Below are positions 1-10,060 of a stretch of DNA of 64,000 nt, one piece after another; the first letter of the stretch is position 1; each line of letters opens with the position of its first letter. The position numbers and the translations under genes are program-made. This stretch comes from an uncultured Planctomycetota bacterium. Lineage in GTDB: Bacteria; Planctomycetota; Phycisphaerae; Tepidisphaerales; Tepidisphaeraceae. The notes beneath the pieces were generated by a model that worked only from the letters and a program-made list of their open reading frames with translations, was not told the origin of the DNA and made no database searches. The DNA lies in the NCBI GenBank assembly GCA_963841915.1, contig CAWJEN010000006.1, positions 1,216,001 through 1,280,000 on the forward strand, written 5' to 3'.

Positions 1-1017
1 GAGGGCGGCGGTGTCGTCGACGGCTTCGTACTCGACGCGGCCGGTGTCTTTCCAGTAGGCGTGCTCCGGACCGACGCCCGGATAGTCGAGGCCTGCCGAG
101 GCGCTGTGGACGGAGTCGGTCTGGCCGTCGGCGTTCTGCAGGACGTAGCTGAGCGAGCCGTGCAGGACGCCGGGTTGGCCGAAGGTCAGGGGTGCGGCGT
201 GGTCACCGTGGCCGTGCCCGCGGCCGCCGGCTTCGGTGCCGATGAGCCGCACGCCCTTGTCTTCGACAAATGGGTAGAACATGCCGGCCGCGTTGCTCCC
301 GCCGCCGACGCAGGCGACGACGGCATCGGGCAGCTTGTCTGCTTTCTCCTGGAACTGACGCCTTGACTCGTCGCCGATACACCGGTGGAAGTCACGCACC
401 ATCGCCGGGAACGGGTGCGGGCCGACGACGCTGCCGAGGATGTAGTGCGTCTCGCCGCTCGAGCCCATCCAGTCGCGCATGGCTTCATTCGTCGCGTCTT
501 TGAGCGTTCGGCTGCCGCTGTCGACCTCGATGACGTTGGCCCCGAGCAGCCGCATGCGAAAGACGTTGAGGTTCTGACGGCGGACGTCTTCGCTGCCCAT
601 GTAGACGTCGCAAGGCAGCCCGAACTTCGCCGCGGCCGTCGCGGTGGCAACGCCGTGCTGACCCGCGCCGGTCTCGGCAATTACACGCTTCTTGCCCATC
701 CGCTTGGCCAGCAACGCCTGGCCGATCGTGTTGTTGATCTTGTGCGCGCCGGTGTGCAGCAGGTCTTCACGCTTGTGCCAGATGCGTGCCCCGCCCACTT
801 CGGCCGTCAGGCGGTCGGCCGACACGAGCAACGTCGGCCGGCCCGCAAAGTCGCGCAGGTAGCCATCGAGCTCAGCCTTGAATTGCGGATCCTTCTTCGC
901 ATCTTCGTAAGCGGCGTCGAGTTGATCGAGCGCACTGATCAGCGTCTCAGGCACAAATGTTCCGCCGTAGTCGCCAAAGTATCCGCGGCGAGATGGTGGC
1001 GCTTCAAGAACAGGCAT
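1..1017 (-). CDS. trpB: Tryptophan synthase beta chain (3' end runs off the window)
   Basis: Manual translation from ATG at 1017: [30 protein letters not shown] (PLP lysine), [37 protein letters not shown]. Absent from the ORF track because no stop lies in the window. Confidence 0.97.
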   Translation of the reverse strand, partial: MPVLEAPPSRRGYFGDYGGTFVPETLISALDQLDAAYEDAKKDPQFKAELDGYLRDFAGRPTLLVSADRLTAEVGGARIWHKREDLLHTGAHKINNTIGQALLAKRMGKKRVIAETGAGQHGVATATAAAKFGLPCDVYMGSEDVRRQNLNVFRMRLLGANVIEVDSGSRTLKDATNEAMRDWMGSSGETHYILGSVVGPHPFPAMVRDFHRCIGDESRRQFQEKADKLPDAVVACVGGGSNAAGMFYPFVEDKGVRLIGTEAGGRGHGHGDHAAPLTFGQPGVLHGSLSYVLQNADGQTDSVHSASAGLDYPGVGPEHAYWKDTGRVEYEAVDDTAAL

Positions 1018-1172
1018 GAGTCACTTTACGTCCGGAGCAACGCAAGGGGGCGAAGAGGCGAAGGTCCGCGAAGAAGTGAAATTGCCCGGAAGCCGCGTCT
1101 GAGCCGACTTCTGTGCTTCTCGCTTCTTCGCCCCTTCGCGTTCCTCCGGCCTCGACCTGCCAACGATGCACC

Positions 1173-2057
1173 ATGCCCTTTGCCAACGACCTGCTCGCGG
1201 CCGTCGCCGATAAGAAGTCGCGGGTCTGTGTCGGCATCGACCCGATGCCCGACCGCCTGCCGGACGAGCTTCGCCCCAAGGCCACCGATCCGCGGTCGAC
1301 CCTCGACAGCGTCTTTGCCTTTGTCGTCGGCGTGCTCGATGCCGTCGCCGACACGGCGGCGTGTGTGAAGTTCCAGTCGGCCTACTTCGAACGTTTCCAC
1401 GCTGACGGCGTGGCGGCCTACTTCGAGCTCGTTGCCGAAGCCAAGGCCAAAGACTTGCTCGTCATCGGCGACGCCAAACGGGGCGACATCGGCGCGACAA
1501 GCACCGCCTACGCCGCGGCCCATCTGACGCCGCACCCGGACGAAGATTCGTCGACGCCGCACGCCCTGACCGTCAATCCGATGCTCGGCCTCGACACGCT
1601 CGAGCCGTTCGTCACAACCGCCGCCGAACACGGCAAGGGCCTGTTCGTTCTCGTCCGCACGAGCAACCCCGGCAGCGTCGAGCTGCAGGACGTTGTGCTC
1701 GACGACGGCCGCACGTGGAGCGAAATGCTCGCCGACAAGCTCGCCCCGCTGGCGGCGGCCAACGCAACAGACGGCGTCAGCCTGGTCGGTGCCGTCGTCG
1801 GAGCGACGCAGCCGCACACAATGCAGTCGCTCCGCAAACGCCTGCCGACGTCGATCTTTCTCTTGCCCGGCTACGGCACCCAAGGCGGCACGGCCGAAAC
1901 CGCCAAAGCCGCCTTCGCCGACGACACCGCCGGCGCCATCGTCTCGGCCAGCCGCAGCGTGCTGTACCCCGATCGCCAAGCTGACGAATCGTGGCAAGCC
2001 GCCATCGCCCGGGCGGCCCGCGACATGCGGGACGACCTTCGAAACGTTGTCGGATAA
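1173..2057 (+). CDS. pyrF: Orotidine-5'-phosphate decarboxylase
   Basis: VCVGIDP, VKFQSAYFE, IGDAKRGDIGATS, LVRTSNPGS, GAVVGAT, LLPGYGTQGG, SASRSVLY motifs; start taken at MPFAND. Confidence 0.95.
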   Translation: MPFANDLLAAVADKKSRVCVGIDPMPDRLPDELRPKATDPRSTLDSVFAFVVGVLDAVADTAACVKFQSAYFERFHADGVAAYFELVAEAKAKDLLVIGDAKRGDIGATSTAYAAAHLTPHPDEDSSTPHALTVNPMLGLDTLEPFVTTAAEHGKGLFVLVRTSNPGSVELQDVVLDDGRTWSEMLADKLAPLAAANATDGVSLVGAVVGATQPHTMQSLRKRLPTSIFLLPGYGTQGGTAETAKAAFADDTAGAIVSASRSVLYPDRQADESWQAAIARAARDMRDDLRNVVG

Positions 2058-2063
2058 CCCTTG

Positions 2064-2453
2064 TCAGTCGAACGCCCGCTGGAGCACCATGACGTCTTCG
2101 GTTTCGTCAACGTTCTCCAGCGTGTGGACATGCACGAAGCCGCCGCGTTGAAGCCAGGCACGGAGAATGACATCAGGTTGTCTGACAAGCACGATCAGCC
2201 GCCTGGCCGGGTCGCCGATGACTTTGCCGTGCTTGCCCATCGCTGCAACCGCCGCCACCAGCAGGTCGCTGCCGTGGCCGCTGCGTCGGTGTTTTTGGGC
2301 GACTTCTGCGAAGAGCAGTTGATACACGCCACGCTGGCCGCCGAGCTTCGCCCAGACGACGCTGCCATAGGGCCCGCTGATCTCCTGCGAAAACGCCGGC
2401 GGCATGAGCTTCTTCGACGTCGGCATAGGCGGGTTGGCTTCAAGCGTGCTCAC
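2064..2453 (-). CDS. GNAT-family acetyltransferase-like protein
   Basis: Motif A-like V...HRRSGHGSDLL and C-terminal WLQRGGF. Confidence 0.6.
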   Translation of the reverse strand: MSTLEANPPMPTSKKLMPPAFSQEISGPYGSVVWAKLGGQRGVYQLLFAEVAQKHRRSGHGSDLLVAAVAAMGKHGKVIGDPARRLIVLVRQPDVILRAWLQRGGFVHVHTLENVDETEDVMVLQRAFD

Positions 2454-2720
2454 GCCCCTGTTCTACGGCACCTTCTAAAGAACCCCCAGTTGCCCCCGAG
2501 CCGCGGTCCCACGGATTGCCGGTCCGACGATGCAACAAGCACAGGGCAAACGTTTTCCCGGAAGCCACCTCCCGCATCGCAAGCCGGCTTCCGGGACGAC
2601 ACGTGCCCCGCGCGATGGTCGTCGTCAGACCAGCGGTCCGTGGAAGAGCGGCTCACGGCACGTCCTCCTGCACGAATCTGGCCCTTCTTCGAGCGTTGAC
2701 CAGGCGGTACGTTCGTCCCC

Positions 2721-3497
2721 ATGACCGATTCGGCTTGGGCCACACGCAACCTCTTCGGCCACCTCTGGTCCCGGACCAAAGACGCCTGGCACGCCACGCC
2801 CGGTGGCACGCTGCCACGCCTGCTAGGCGGCCTCGTCGTCGCGTGGCTTGTCGCAGGCGTCTTGTGCTTCGTGCTGACCACTGTCGCCAAATCGAGGGCC
2901 GACGACGGCCTTCAAGATTGGGATAGAGCCCAACTGCTCCACGTCGCCGAGTCGACCGGCTGGGCGAGTTGGCCGCCGCTGAAGTTCACCGACGGCATCA
3001 TCCTCGAGTCGCCGGGCAACCTGTTCATTCTCATTCCGGTCACACTCTTTGTCGCCGGCTTTGCACTCTGGCACCGCCGCCTCGTGCTGGCGATCGGCGT
3101 CGTGCTGTGCTACGTCATGGCCCGGTTCCTCATCTGGATCGGCTGGTCGACATGGGACCGCCAACGCCCCGACCTCGTCGCCGACGGCGCAGCCGCGTTG
3201 AGCGCCCACTCGTTTCCCAGCGGCCACGTGATCCTGACGCTCACGACGTACGGCCTGCTCGCATGGCTCTGGATGCGGGCCAGCCGCAGCGTGATCGAGA
3301 AAGTTGTCGCGACTTTCCTGCTGCTCCTACTCGGCTTCGCCGTCGCGATCGCCCGCTTGCGACTCGGCGCGCACTGGCCCAGCGACGTCATCGCCGGCGG
3401 CATTGTCGGCCTCGCCTGGCTTATCGGATGCGCGGCTTCCATCACCTTTGCCGAACGGCACGCTTTCGGCAGGCATCTCCCTGACACCACGGGTTAA
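2721..3497 (+). CDS. PAP2-family membrane phosphatase
   Basis: RQRP, SFPSGH and RLRLGAHWPSDV motifs; several hydrophobic helices. Confidence 0.92.
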   Translation: MTDSAWATRNLFGHLWSRTKDAWHATPGGTLPRLLGGLVVAWLVAGVLCFVLTTVAKSRADDGLQDWDRAQLLHVAESTGWASWPPLKFTDGIILESPGNLFILIPVTLFVAGFALWHRRLVLAIGVVLCYVMARFLIWIGWSTWDRQRPDLVADGAAALSAHSFPSGHVILTLTTYGLLAWLWMRASRSVIEKVVATFLLLLLGFAVAIARLRLGAHWPSDVIAGGIVGLAWLIGCAASITFAERHAFGRHLPDTTG

Positions 3498-3965
3498 GCC
3501 GCTTTCGGGCGAAGCCCATAGCACCTGTCCGCATCATCCCCGACCTCCGGCCGGGTGCCACTGATTGGCCACCTTCTGAGGTGGACAACCAGTGTCGGGC
3601 AGAATGAACGTCAACGTGATTGCCACGAGCATCGCTCGCAGACACTGGTTGCCCGCATCAGAATGCGGTCAATCAGTGGCACCGGAGGCAGCGGGAAGGG
3701 GTGACGCGATAGCTGAAAGAGGGCTGATCTAGCGTACTCCTGCGCATGCGCCCGACCTCCGACTCGTTGAGCCGCGGCTCAACGAGTCGGAGGTCGGGCG
3801 CAGGTTGTGACGTGTCCCGCGACAGGTGCTGCGCGATGCCATCCATCAGGCGGATTCGCTCTGACTTGCCCGATCGAGCTCGACGCATGGTAAACCCGCA
3901 ACGAAGACAGCCAGACTCTATCTCGATAGAATTGCACCTTCACGCGTCGGCTTTAGACTTCGGCG

Positions 3966-4664
3966 ATGCGGCTCGCTTCTCGTCGTCGGTGGTTTTGTAG
4001 TTCCTGCATCGGGCTGACTCTGCTGCTCGCCGACAATGCGTTCGGGCAAGACCTGTACATCGGGCCGCTGCCGGAGCAGCCTGCGGCGACAACGACGCCA
4101 GCCAACAGCGGCCATGCCTTCGACGATCCGCGGAACTTCAACGGAAGCCTCGGCTTCGCGATCGGCTACGTCCCGTACATCGAGGACACGACCACCTTCG
4201 ACTATCGCGATGGCTACGCGCTTATCGCCCAATTCGGGTTCGAGCAGGACGACGAGGATCGGCGAAGACGGTCCTACGGCGAGTTTCGTTACGTGCAGGC
4301 AGAAGGTGAGATAACGCCCTCAGCCGTACAAGGCGAGTACCGCCTGCAGTCTATAAGCGGCACGCTCAACGAGATGTTTATGCCGCCCCATGAAGAAGCT
4401 GGCTTCTTCTACGGCGGCGGCTTCGGCTTCGCTCAGATGACGAAAACGCTCGAAGCCGAAGACGGGAGAGACATCAGCGAAGGCTCCTTCGCGTGGCTTG
4501 TGAGGCTCAACGTTGGCGCGGAGCTTCTGTCTTCCGAAAAGTCGTCCCTCAACATCGGCTTCGATCTGGAGGCCGCACTTCCCTACTTCGACGACGATGG
4601 CGAGTCGGGGGCGAGTCTGTTCCTGACGCCGACCGTATATCTGCTCTTCGAGTCGAGGTTCTGA
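3966..4664 (+). CDS. Secreted hypothetical protein, probable outer-membrane beta-barrel
   Basis: Signal-peptide-like N-terminus, amphipathic strands (FFYGGGFGFAQ), C-terminal Phe (VYLLFESRF). Confidence 0.6.
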   Translation: MRLASRRRWFCSSCIGLTLLLADNAFGQDLYIGPLPEQPAATTTPANSGHAFDDPRNFNGSLGFAIGYVPYIEDTTTFDYRDGYALIAQFGFEQDDEDRRRRSYGEFRYVQAEGEITPSAVQGEYRLQSISGTLNEMFMPPHEEAGFFYGGGFGFAQMTKTLEAEDGRDISEGSFAWLVRLNVGAELLSSEKSSLNIGFDLEAALPYFDDDGESGASLFLTPTVYLLFESRF

Positions 4665-4709
4665 TCTGGCCCGCTGGTGACCTGCCGACAGTTCGTTACG
4701 TTGGCATCC

Positions 4710-5231
4710 GTGACCGCCGCTCTGCGATTTGTCGGGCTGACCCTGCACTACGGGCTCAAGCCGATCTTCCGTGACTTCGAGCTTGAGGTGCGGAACGAAC
4801 AGGTGACGGCCGTCATGGCCGCCAACGGCGTGGGCAAGTCGACGCTCCTCGCCGCCGCGGCCGGGATGGTGCCGCCGTGGCGAGGCTTTGTCGAAGTCGC
4901 CGGCCACCGTCGGCGGGATACGGAAGCGAGCGAGCTGGCGGCACGGCAGGCGAGCGTCTACCTGGCTGCCGACCCGTGGCTGCCTGAGGTGCTGACCGCC
5001 CGCGAATGGGTCGTGACGTGCGGCCGCATCTGGAGTGTCGACGACCGCCGACTGCTCGACCACGCCGGCCGACTCCTGGACCTGTTCGACCTCGGCGAGG
5101 GCGACACGCCGATCAAAGACCTGTCGACGGGCCAGAAGCAGAAGGTCGCGTTGGCCGGTGCGCTGGATTCCGACCGCGGCTGCGACCCCTTTCGCGCTGT
5201 TCGGCAGCTTTCTGCTCGCTCAGCAGGGTGA
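4710..5231 (+). pseudogene. Truncated ABC transporter ATP-binding protein
   Basis: Walker A (ANGVGKST) and signature (LSTGQKQKVALAGAL) present; Walker B and H-loop absent, similarity ends near 5165. Confidence 0.75.
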
Positions 5232-6021
5232 GAAACACGTTTTACCGGTTGTTCTCACCGTGTTGGTGGTCGCTGCGGGCCTGACCTTCGGCACGTTGGC
5301 GCCAGGGGGCGATTGGCGCGGCGAGGTCGCGTCGTGGACGGCCGCTGTCGTTTCGCTTGGCGTGGCAGCGTGGGTTCTGAAGCTGATCCGGAAACTTTTA
5401 GTCGACCTGGCTGCGGGTCGGATTCGGCAGCGGGAGAGCGCCTGGCAGCTCTGGCTCGATCCGAGTCGGTCGGGTCAGTTTGCGGAGCGGTCGCGAATGG
5501 TCGCGCCGGCGACGTGGCCGGAGACGGAGTGCGGGTGGAACCGCGCTTTGCCAATCATGGCTGCCGTGCTAGCAACGTGGTCTCTTGCCTCAATCGGGAC
5601 AGCTCAAATTGCAGAACTTGACGACGTGACGCCTTTGCTCGGCCTGACGGCACTGGTCACATTGATCGGCTTTTCCTGTGAAATTGCCCTGTATGGCGTC
5701 GGTAAGGTGTCGCTCGCCCTGGTGTCGATGCCGACGCGGGGCAGGCCGCGGCTGAGGCATCTTGTGCTCCGCTGGCTGCTCGCCGGGACAGCGTGCGGCG
5801 GGATCATCTGGCTGTTGTTCGGCCTCGGCTGGCCGATGGAGGTTTACCTCCCGCTCGCCGTCGAGGCGGCGATGAGCATCGTGCTGTTCGTCGGCCCGAC
5901 ACGACGCCGCTGGCGACTGACGGCGATGACGTTCGGATCGACTCAGCCGCAGAAGCAGCAAGTCGATGCAAAGCTGCCGCCGCTGGCTCGCGGGGAGAAG
6001 GTGCCGTACAGAGTCGGGTAG
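5166..6021 (+). pseudogene. 5'-truncated multi-pass membrane protein (possible ABC permease remnant)
   Basis: Hydrophobic helices in the 5035..6021 frame begin only after about 5165; no credible start codon. Confidence 0.5.
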
Positions 6022-6180
6022 TGCGTGGCGAGGTTGCGCAACGGCGGCCGCGGCGGCGGGTGTTGGCGGCGGACGCACTGAACGTCGCCAGGTACCACCC
6101 TTGTCGCACCAGCGCCGGGATGGGCCGATGACCCCATACCGCACGGCGGACGACCCGCCGACGGACTGGCGGACACACAA

Positions 6181-6196
6181 TGTTTCACGTGGAACA
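6181..6196. promoter_or_regulatory. parS: parS site (ParB binding)
   Basis: TGTTTCACGTGGAACA matches the canonical parS consensus. Confidence 0.9.
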
Positions 6197-6246
6197 TCGG
6201 CCGAGACCTCGAAACCCGGCTGCCGACCCGTGGCGAGGGTTGGCAA

Positions 6247-6262
6247 TGTTCCACGTGGAACA
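6247..6262. promoter_or_regulatory. parS: parS site (ParB binding)
   Basis: Perfect palindrome TGTTCCACGTGGAACA. Confidence 0.92.
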
Positions 6263-6357
6263 TTCCAGCTCCGCCGCCGCCCGCCCCGACCCACTTGGCC
6301 GCCGCCGCGCAGCGCCGAGCTCGGCCTTCGCTTCAAGAACCGACCCTGAGCCACGAC

Positions 6358-8256
6358 TCAAGCCGTCGGCTGCGGCTCGAAGTTCTTCGCCGGCTCGTAC
6401 GTCGCGGGAGCAGACTTTTCGGTCACGTGAGCAGTGGCTTGGTTGCCGCGCAAAGCCGTCAGAATTCCCGCATGACCGATGCGGCGGTGGTAGGCGCCGA
6501 GGTCTTCGCCGCCTTGTCCGTTGACCTTCCAAGCGTCGAATAGTGCAGCCGTCACGAGGGGCACGTCGTCGCGTTTGACCTGCCGGAGGAACAACTTGCC
6601 GTCTTCGACGAGGGGCGTGCCCTGGTGCCTGCCGCCTTCGTCGCCGCCGACTTTGAGCATGTACATATCCGGTCCCTGCCCGACCCAGCCGATGCTCTTG
6701 GTGCCGGGCCTGAAGCACTGCCGTTCGCAGCCGGTGATGCCGATGGATTCGCTGATGTCGCCGTAGCCCATGGCTTCGAGCTTTGTCAGCAGTTCCGGCT
6801 CGAATTGCTCAGAATCCGTGTAGCTCAGTCGGCAGGTCGGCAGGCCGACGCACGCGCCGCTCTTCATGCGAAGCGTGCTGGCCTTGCGGGTGCCGACGCC
6901 GAACTCGGTGACGGTCGCGTCGAAGTCGGCCTTGGCCGCCGGGTCGATGTTGGTCAGCAAGAGGTCCTGGTTGGCCGTCACCATGACCTCTGCGTCGAAC
7001 TTCTCGACGAGCGCCGAGACGAGCGACTGGAGCTTCTCGCCGCGACCTGACGCGCTGCCCATGCCGTCGGCTTTGGCTCCGTCGTCTTCGCCGCGGTCGA
7101 TGAGGCGGCCGTTCTCGACCCAGAGGCCGAAGGCTGCTTTTCCGTTGCTTTCCTGAGTTTGCCATCCGTGATGAAGGCGACGCGGGCCGACGTCGTAGTC
7201 CTCGATGGCGTCGCTGAAGCTGGCCCCGGCCGCCTTGACCTGCTCGCGGTACCAGCCGATGCCCTGGCTATGCACGACGTACTTGAGCCGTGCCCAGTGG
7301 CGGTTCTTGCGGTCGCCCCAATCCTGGTGAACCTTCACGACGGCGTCCATACCCGCGTGCAGCTCATCGGGCGTAAAGACGCCCAGCGGCTCGCCGAGGG
7401 TCGAAAAGCTTGATTTTCCGTTCTTTTCCCCTTGCCCGCCACCGACGTAGAGCTGGTAGGCGGCGAGTTTGCCGTCTTCGATGATGGGGGCGATGCCGAG
7501 ATCGTTCGTGCGAAGCTCGACGCAGTTGTCCATCTCGACGTCGCCCGTCTCGGCGTTGCGGTGGGCGCTGCCGAAGGCGACCTTGAACTTGCGGTTGAGC
7601 AGCGTCGGCGAGTACTCGAATCGGCCGGGGCTGCCGACGCGTTGCTCGGCAGCGACGCGGTCATAGGCGGTGTCGACGCCGAAGATCTGAATGTGCGGCC
7701 CCTCTGGAAGCTGGAAGTACGTGCCGTACCGATGAGCAAGCTCGTGGACGTTGACGAGCGTGGAGAACTTGCTCAGCGGGCAGCCCATGACGTTGCGAAC
7801 GTTGTCGCCGCACCCGTTGAGGGCAAAGAAGCCACTCTTGGCGATGTCACGGACGACGGCTGCAAGGTCGGCCTTCCTGATCCAGTGGAACTGAATGTTC
7901 TGCCGAGTCGTCAGGCGGATGCTCTGGCGACCCTCCGGCGAGGTCGTGTACCGACGGCTGATGTCGTCGATGACCTTCCACTGGTGCGGCAGGAACGCCC
8001 CGCCGCCCGGCACGCTGATGCGGACCATGTACATCCAGTCCTTTTCCTTACCCGTTTTGGCCCGGTTGTACTCGAGGTAGATGCCGTGGCTCTTGGCGAT
8101 GGCCTCGGCCTCGGCAGAGAGCGACTGCTCGACATTGTCGTTGACTGCCTGGGGAAGACCATCCAGCAGGCCGCCAGCGAGCTTGATGCGTTCGTTGCCG
8201 TTCCACTCGGCTTCGGGCGTATGGAGGTAGGGCTCGGGGGCGAGGTGGCGACTCAT
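6358..8256 (-). CDS. sir: Sulfite reductase hemoprotein (siroheme/[4Fe-4S]; Sir/CysI family)
   Basis: RLTTRQNIQFH, CGDNVRNV, RKFKVAF, RHWARLKY, CVGLPTC...TGCERQC; divergent from cysH. Confidence 0.9.
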   Translation of the reverse strand: MSRHLAPEPYLHTPEAEWNGNERIKLAGGLLDGLPQAVNDNVEQSLSAEAEAIAKSHGIYLEYNRAKTGKEKDWMYMVRISVPGGGAFLPHQWKVIDDISRRYTTSPEGRQSIRLTTRQNIQFHWIRKADLAAVVRDIAKSGFFALNGCGDNVRNVMGCPLSKFSTLVNVHELAHRYGTYFQLPEGPHIQIFGVDTAYDRVAAEQRVGSPGRFEYSPTLLNRKFKVAFGSAHRNAETGDVEMDNCVELRTNDLGIAPIIEDGKLAAYQLYVGGGQGEKNGKSSFSTLGEPLGVFTPDELHAGMDAVVKVHQDWGDRKNRHWARLKYVVHSQGIGWYREQVKAAGASFSDAIEDYDVGPRRLHHGWQTQESNGKAAFGLWVENGRLIDRGEDDGAKADGMGSASGRGEKLQSLVSALVEKFDAEVMVTANQDLLLTNIDPAAKADFDATVTEFGVGTRKASTLRMKSGACVGLPTCRLSYTDSEQFEPELLTKLEAMGYGDISESIGITGCERQCFRPGTKSIGWVGQGPDMYMLKVGGDEGGRHQGTPLVEDGKLFLRQVKRDDVPLVTAALFDAWKVNGQGGEDLGAYHRRIGHAGILTALRGNQATAHVTEKSAPATYEPAKNFEPQPTA

Positions 8257-8288
8257 GCTGCCGAAAACCTAGTCGGCCATGGCCAATA

Positions 8289-8306
8289 GTCAAGATTGAG
8301 CTTGAC
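8289..8306. promoter_or_regulatory. Inverted repeat GTCAAG-N6-CTTGAC in the sir/cysH divergent spacer
   Basis: Perfect 6-bp arms; each arm also reads TTGAC on one strand. Confidence 0.4.
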
Positions 8307-8329
8307 GCGGTCGATCCACCGGCGAACGG

Positions 8330-9064
8330 TTGGCGGTGAGCTCGCTTCAGGTTCTTCCCGCCGACTTGCCGTTGTGGCACGAAGGCACACCCGACGACAC
8401 CGCGTCGCCCGACAACGTCATCGAGTGGGTCAGCCGCACGTTTCCTGACGATCGCGTTGCAGCGACGACCGGGTTCGGCATGGAAGGTTGCGTGTTGATT
8501 GACCTCATCGATAAGGCCGGCCTGTCGATTCCGGTCATTTGGCTCGATACCGGATTCCTGTTCGACGAAACGCACGACTTACGCCGTCGGCTCGAAGCGA
8601 GATATCCTCGGCTGTCGTTCGTTCGCCACGCAATTGACCTCTCGCCCGAAGAGCAGGACCTGGCCATGGGGCCACGCCTGTGGCAGCGGGATCCTGACCG
8701 GTGCTGTGGGCTCCGCAAGGTCGTGCCGATGCGGCGGGCAATGGCGGATGTCGATGTCTGGCTTGCGGCAGTGCGGCGTGGACAATCACCCGAGCGGGCC
8801 ACTTTGCCGGTGGTCGGGCGCGATGCCAAGCACGATGTGTGGAAGGTGTGCCCGCTGCTGACGTGGAGTCGGCCGCAGGTTTGGCAGTACGTCATCGACC
8901 ACGATCTGCCGTTCAACGTGTTGCACGAGCGGGAGTATCCGACGGTCGGCTGCACGCACTGCACGCGGCCGGTTCCCGGCAGTCGACCGGGCGACTACAG
9001 CCGCGAAGGCCGCTGGACCGGCACGACCAAGAGCGAGTGCGGCCTGCACGGCGCGGGCATTTGA
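8330..9064 (+). CDS. cysH: APS/PAPS reductase (Fe-S-type cysteines present)
   Basis: LDTGFLFDET, CCGLRKV, YPTVGCTHCT, REGRW, ECGLH. Start uncertain (TTG 8330 or GTG 8336). Confidence 0.95.
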   Translation: MAVSSLQVLPADLPLWHEGTPDDTASPDNVIEWVSRTFPDDRVAATTGFGMEGCVLIDLIDKAGLSIPVIWLDTGFLFDETHDLRRRLEARYPRLSFVRHAIDLSPEEQDLAMGPRLWQRDPDRCCGLRKVVPMRRAMADVDVWLAAVRRGQSPERATLPVVGRDAKHDVWKVCPLLTWSRPQVWQYVIDHDLPFNVLHEREYPTVGCTHCTRPVPGSRPGDYSREGRWTGTTKSECGLHGAGI

Positions 9065-9093
9065 GAGCTGCGCACAAGCCAACTCATCCGGAG

Positions 9094-9612
9094 CTAAGCC
9101 ACCTCGAGCGCCGGCGTGTCGACCTCTGACGCCGCTGGCATGGTGTCGACGGGCTCGACGTCTTCAACGACCGGTGGCGGCTTAGGCGCGGTCATGTGGT
9201 CTTTACCGATGCAGAAATAACCGTCGAGGCTCGCTCCTTCGCTGACGGTCATGGAGCGGGCGTCGACGTTACCTGCCAACGTCGATTTGGGACCGGCCAA
9301 AATGGTGCCGCGGACGGTGGTCTTGCCGCCCGTGTTGGAGCGGACTTCGCCGCGGGCGACCAGGCCGCCGCATTCGACGGTCTTGGCCACGACGCGGCCC
9401 TTCTTCTCGACCACGAGCATGCCGACGGTCCTGATCTCACGCCTGGCGTCGTACCGCTTGACCTGCACATCGCTGACCTGCAGCGGCTTGTTGCAGTGCT
9501 TGCAGGTGACGGTCTGGGCACGCCTGCCGACTTCCTGCTCACGCCCGCAGTGGTAGCAGACGATCGTCAGCTGACCGGCGGGCGGGGCGAATCTGGACAA
9601 AAGGTTCGACAC
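9094..9612 (-). CDS. Bactofilin-like protein with N-terminal zinc ribbon
   Basis: CYHC...CKHC followed by beta-helix-like repeats ending LAGNVDARSMTVSEGASLDG. Confidence 0.8.
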   Translation of the reverse strand: MSNLLSRFAPPAGQLTIVCYHCGREQEVGRRAQTVTCKHCNKPLQVSDVQVKRYDARREIRTVGMLVVEKKGRVVAKTVECGGLVARGEVRSNTGGKTTVRGTILAGPKSTLAGNVDARSMTVSEGASLDGYFCIGKDHMTAPKPPPVVEDVEPVDTMPAASEVDTPALEVA

Positions 9613-9649
9613 GATGCGGGTGGGCTTGGACCGTCAGCCGTCGGCGCTG

Positions 9650-10060
9650 CTAGTTGTTCACGTGCAGGCCGTTACGCAGCGGCATCTCCTGCGAGCCGCC
9701 CTCGGCTTGCGGCTCGCCTTTGCCCTTGGTCGCATTCGGGCCGACAGAAACGTGGCCTTTGAAGACCGCGCCTTCTTCGACGACAAGCTTCGAGGCAGAC
9801 AGGTCGCCTTCGAGGTCGGCCGTCTGGCACAGCTCGACGCGACCTGCGGCGTGCAGGTTGCCGCGGACGTTGCCGTCGACCTTGACATTGCCGGCTTTGA
9901 CCTCACCGGTCAGCGAGGCTTCTCGATCGACGTGCAAAACGCCGGGCGTGCGGATTTCGCCCTCGAACTTGCCTTGCAGACGCAAAGCCTTTTCGAAGGT
10001 GAGCTCGCCCTTGAACGAAACGTCGGGGCCCAGAACGGTTGGATAATCTTGATCGGCCAC
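9650..10060 (-). CDS. Bactofilin (CcmA/DUF583 family)
   Basis: TVLGPDVSFKGEL...LRLQGKFEGEI...LEGDLSASKLVVEEGAVFKG; GTG start at 10060 with AAGGAG 7 nt upstream. Confidence 0.92.
   Translation of the reverse strand: MADQDYPTVLGPDVSFKGELTFEKALRLQGKFEGEIRTPGVLHVDREASLTGEVKAGNVKVDGNVRGNLHAAGRVELCQTADLEGDLSASKLVVEEGAVFKGHVSVGPNATKGKGEPQAEGGSQEMPLRNGLHVNN

Larger units (their letters stand above)
6043..6315 (+). repeat. Twin-parS repeat element, copy A
   Basis: Aligns by eye with the reverse complement of 34561-34842, including sequence outside the palindromes. Confidence 0.8.

Noticed and set aside
3673..3888. 71-aa minus-strand ORF in the 3498-3965 gap
   Set aside because: No recognisable motif or start signal; cannot be supported, though not excluded.
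6181..6262. parS pairs read as a minimal CRISPR array
   Set aside because: Only two 16-bp units per locus, the spacer is conserved between loci, and there are no cas genes.
5590..6718. ORFs containing MFHVEH, VPRGT or CSTWN (also near 32540-32914 and 34370-34913)
   Set aside because: These peptides are translations of the parS palindrome, not proteins.
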